Of a stretch of 64,000 bases of DNA, positions 59,730-64,000 are shown in pieces. Made by a program: the position numbers and the translations under genes. This DNA is from the human T2T-CHM13v2.0 reference genome, Homo sapiens, in NCBI RefSeq assembly GCF_009914755.1, contig NC_060934.1; one strand, given 5' to 3'. Below the pieces are notes generated by a model, which did no database searches, was not told the origin of the DNA, and worked only from the letters and a program-made list of their open reading frames with translations. The stretch's first letter is position 1; every line of letters starts with the position of its first letter.

Positions 59730-60310
59730 TTAACTTTGATTAGGATGGCCACTATGAAAAAATAAGTATAACTGGGATGTTTTGGGTACATACCCGAAAG
59801 AAGTGGGGTCTTCAAGGGAAATTTGTACCTGGTGTTGATGGCAGCAATATTCATAATAGCTAAAATGTGGAATGTCTGTCAACCAATGAACAGATAGGGA
59901 AAATGCAGTCAATACATGCAATGGAATATTATTCAATCTGAAAAAAGAAGGAAATTCTGACAGAGGCTACAATATGGATGAGCCTTGAGGACGTTATGCT
60001 GAGTGAAATAAGCGTAATGTATAAGTATAAACACTGTAAGACTTCACTTACCTGAGTTTCCTAGAGTACTCAGATTCATAGAGACAGAAAGAAGAATGGT
60101 GTTTGCCAGGGCCTGAGAGTGGAGGGGGTGGGGAGTTGTGTGATGAAGTTTAGAGCTTCGGTTTTACAAGATGAATCTCTGAGAGAAATGGTGATGATGG
60201 CTTCAGAATAGTGGGAATGTACTTAACGCCACTAACAGACTGACGGTGCACTTGAAAATGGTTAGGATGTTTTATGGCATTTGTATTGTCCACAATAAAA
60301 TATTGAAAAA
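59730..60310 (+). mobile_element. L1MB-like 3' end
   Basis: AATGGAATATTATTCA...GGATGAGCCTTGAGGACGTTATGCTGAGTGAAATAAGC...CACTTGAAAATGGTTA. Confidence 0.85.
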
Positions 60311-60922
60311 ATCATTACTTTCATATAAGAATTATAGTTGAATTTTTAAATTTTTGCTACCTTTTTGTTTTTTAGTTTTTAATATCAATTTACATTTCTT
60401 ATTCGCTTTTTGTTGGAATTTTTTATACTCTTAGGATGAGGACAAACTCCCTTTGATTTTTTAGCTTCGTTGAAAATAAAGATGATATTTTATGTGATTT
60501 TTTTTCCCCCTCTCGGGGGACTGCTTTCACTTTGTTCTACAGTTTTAGATAGGAAGAGTATTCTTCTTCATGACTTTTTACAAAGTTGTAATTTTTCTTT
60601 TGATTATATCTTTGAATTGAGTCATTTATTTGGGAATGTATTTCTTAGTTCCCAAGAGATTTTACTTTTCAGCCCCTTTATATTATTATATCAGTTTATG
60701 TTCACAGAATAAGCTCAACAAAATTTTTATTTAAAAAATGTACTTATGTATTTTCATTGTATATATTTAAGGTGCACAACATAATGTTTTCATATATATA
60801 TACACACACATATATATGTGTGTGTATATATGTATACATATGAAAACAAGTGATTACTACAGTGAAGTATTCTATGTATTATCTTTGGTAGTTACCTTGC
60901 GTGTGTGTCTACGTAGTGAGAG

Positions 60923-61997
60923 TGAAACGAGAAAGGTTCCCTTGTGCCCTTTGCAGGGCGTGTGCCCGGAGGTGTGACTCGCTTCTTCAGGCCCCCGCTG
61001 CTCAGACTTCTAGGGGAGCATACAGATGGGGCAGGCTGTGGGGCTCCGAGCCCAGGGCAGTGTCTAGGTGTGGATGTTTACAGCTCCTGAAGCCCCAGCG
61101 GGCGTGTGTTACAGGGTGCTCTTTTAGTTTTGCTACCTACAGGCTGGTGTTAACCAGCTCAATTAGACCCTCTATCTTGTTGCAAAGACAGAGGACTTTC
61201 TGTATCCCGGGTTCTTATCTTGGTGTACCAGAAGGATCGGATCACACCTGGGCTTGGAGAATGAGTGCAGGGTTTCATTGAGAGGAAGTAGCTCTCAGCG
61301 GATGGGGGAGCCAGAAGGAAAATGGTTTTTCCCTTGCAGTCGGGCTGCTCAGCGACCTGGGCTCTCCTCTTGACTGCCCTGGCCAAACTCCACGTCGTTT
61401 TGCCGGTAGGTGGCCTGCCAATGTGCCAGCGCCTGCCAGTGTGTTCCTCTTGATGTCCAGCTGCCTCTGTGTCTTCTTCCGCCCAGCTGCCTCTGTGTCT
61501 TCTTCCGCCCAGCTGCCTCTGTGTCTTCTTCCGCCCAGCTGCCTCTGTGTCTTCTTCCGCCCAGCTGCCTCTGTGTCTTCTTCCCCCCAGCTGCCTCTGT
61601 GTCTTCTTCCGCCCAGCTGCCTCTGTGTCTTCTTCCGCCCAGCTGCCTCTGTGTCTTCTTCCGCCCAGCTGCCTCTGTGTCTTCTTCCGCCCAGCTGCCT
61701 CTGTGTCTTCTTCCGCCCAGCTGCCTCTGTGTCTTCTTCCACCCAAGTGTTCTTCACGACGTCCAGCCGCTTGTATGTCTACTTACTAAGGTGTCCCGGG
61801 GTTTTATAGGCACAGGATGGGGGCGCGGCAGGCCAGGGTGGTGTTGGGAAATGCAACATTTGTTCATGAAGTGAGGAGTGCCTGACCTCACCTATGTCCG
61901 TGGGGGTGGAGCCCTAGCCAGGGACCACGCCCTCCTCTACTCCGCACTTCCCTTCCCCGCTTCCCCATCATTTAAAGGGACCATGTTCTTCCCTTCA
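60923..61997 (-). mobile_element. LTR1-family (ERV1) solo LTR
   Basis: TG...CA termini, 4-bp TSD AGAG; reverse strand has GGTCCCTTTAAATGAT, GGCTAGGGCTCCACCCCCACGGAC and a TATAAAA box at 61802-61808. Confidence 0.88.
61458..61743. repeat. 26-bp minisatellite, 11 copies, inside LTR1
   Basis: CAGCTGCCTCTGTGTCTTCTTCCGCC every 26 nt from 61458; only copies 5 and 11 differ, by one base each. Confidence 0.97.
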
Positions 61998-63777
61998 AGA
62001 GCACCTAGAATCTATTCTTTTAGCAAGGTTTCACATACAATATAATAATATCAATAATAGTCGTCAAACTTTGCGTTAAGTGTCTAGATGTATTCATCTT
62101 TTGACCAAGAAAATGATTAATTTTATAAATATTCTATCACCATAAACATGTGAATAAAAATATTGTCTGCTCAAGGAATATAAGATTCTATGAATATCAA
62201 TTACTTCACATTCTCATTTACTTATTTTATTATTTAATTTTTAATCACATTTATTTTATACTTGAATTTTTATGAAATACTTGTTTATCTTTTAAATTGA
62301 TCCAATTCTCAAAAAGACAGATTAAACTATCTCACTAAAGATATAATATTAATAGTTTAGTTCATGCTTTATTATTTAGGCCTGTAAAATTTAGTACATA
62401 TAAACAACAGACTCTCTTCTTTATTGCTTTGTGCTTTTAGTTTTAAAGTTAACAATCTCTCAGCTTGACATCCTAGCTTTCGTTTTTGTTTGCATTTACA
62501 GAATATTTATTTATGGCCCACCTTGAGCTCTCTATTAGGTTGTATTTGCTATTTGGTTTCAAGTATTTTCCCAAGAACTTTTTCAGATGGGGTATAAGGC
62601 AGATATATTTTTCCAAATAATTGTATATTCAGACTTTCTTTTACTTCAAAAGGCAGTCAACATTTCTCATATACGGTCTTGGATGCTGTTCCAGTGTCTT
62701 GTAAAGAAATCCCTTCAAACCTCTAGAATTAGGATATTTTGATCTCTTAATTTTCTCTACCTGCACCCCAAATGTTGGCAGTTCTAAGCATGGAGAAAGG
62801 AAGAATGATTTATCCTTCCACGGGCCACCAGCATAGAAGCAGGGAGTATCTATACATCACCCCCCAAGACTCCTGGATGAAGCCTCTTTCCCATTCACCT
62901 GTCCTTTTGTCTCTCCCATTCAGGAACAGGTAGGTCTCTGCCCCTATGCAGCCATTGCTTCACCTTTAGGAGGCCAGGGAGACCAAGCCTGCTCCTGCAG
63001 AGCTGATGTTGACAGCTTCCCAGGGTTCTTCACACCTCTGCGTCTTAGTACTTCCCCGGATCCTCCGATGTACGTAGTCTTGGCTGCCAGGGTCTCCAGG
63101 GTTGGTGATATCTAGATTATTGTCCAGCCTATGGAGAGGAGAGTTCATGCCCATTTCTCTGCAAGTCTTTTCACAGAACCTAAAACCTCACCAAATCTCA
63201 TTCAGAGGCCAGGTCACTGCTGCCATTTGACACAGGAGACGAGCCTGATTGTCTCCCATGAATAAAGCTTTGTGGGTGCTGTTTAAAACTATGGGTCTCT
63301 TTTGTCTTCAGCAGAAACGGTTTTTCATTGTTTTCGTATACTTCTAAGACGTTAAAAATACTTGAATATTTACACTAATTTTCAAACTTCTTTAGGTTTT
63401 GTATTAGCACTCTCCACAAAAATAACATATGTATATAGTATATATAACATTATATATCTTAGATGAAACTATATAGATAGAACAAAAAATGTGTTCTAGA
63501 CTAAATTTGTCCTCTGAACAAATTTTCCACCAGCTCTAGTCATTGCTGCATTAGGGATTCTTGTCATCTAAGGACTGGGTTTTACTACATGAAGATGCTC
63601 CTGTTGACATAAACTGCTCAATGCAAACGTTTACCTGCATGTCAACGCGCAGCCTACCCAACTCAAACAACTCTTCATGGCCACGAGGTTACAACAGACA
63701 CTTTGGCCGGGGACCCACTTATTTTCTGAGATTGTTTCACTATGGTCCTGGGGCAGCGAGCTCCCGTGGGGTGAAAG

Positions 63778-63791
63778 GCGCCCTCTGCAGT
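63778..63791 (-). promoter_or_regulatory. Candidate CTCF site
   Basis: Reverse strand ACTGCAGAGGGCGC matches CCASYAGRKGGCRS at 12/14, in a locally CpG-retaining patch. Confidence 0.45.
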
Positions 63792-64000
63792 ACCGGATGC
63801 GGCAGCGGCTCAGAAGGGCTGTGCAGGGGATCGCTGGTTAATTGATCAGAGCCAGTTTTCTTTATCAATGCTGGGAACGCGGGGGTGAGGTGAGTCAGTC
63901 CCAGCTTGTACTCTGGTTTCTGAGCTGTGGAATCCAACAGGAAGATCCCTTTCCCACCAGCTAAGCACAGACCTGAGATTTCCCCTGCTTGACTTCCAGC

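Larger units (their letters stand above)
60745..62100 (-). mobile_element. L1MA-like 3' end split by LTR1
   Basis: TTGTATATATTTAAGGTGCACAACATAATGTTT...GTGAGAG then AGAGCACCTAGAATCTATTCTTTTAGCAA. Confidence 0.75.

Noticed and set aside
61159-61874. Overlapping repetitive ORFs and CRISPR-like regular spacing
   Set aside because: Head-to-tail 26-bp tandem repeat with no unique spacers and no cas genes, in a primate LTR.

Overview
Primate (human-like, catarrhine) non-coding DNA, either intergenic or deep intronic. No protein-coding gene can be supported: the long ORFs come from Alus, simple repeats, a VNTR or decayed Tigger1/L1. Much of the window is interspersed repeat: 18 Alus plus a FRAM monomer, layered old L1 and L2, MIRs, MER1B, an internally deleted Tigger1, and many solo LTRs (MST, MLT1, LTR8, MER41, MER67-like, MLT2A, MER34, LTR1), several nested with target-site duplications (TSDs) still visible. 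The most notable structures are: an 80-bp, 96%-identical inverted duplication (45353-45432 / 46650-46729); a tailless 5S rRNA retrocopy with a 17-bp TSD lying between those two arms; an 11 x 26-bp E-box minisatellite just downstream of an LTR1 TATA box; a 6 x 38-bp minisatellite inside an MST LTR; a polypurine tract with higher-order periodicity; an intact MLT2A LTR with a DUX4-like motif and splice donor; and several repeat-free islands rich in developmental transcription-factor motifs. I found no convincing new multi-gene system. Repeat family names are from memory of consensus sequences, and boundaries of old elements are approximate.
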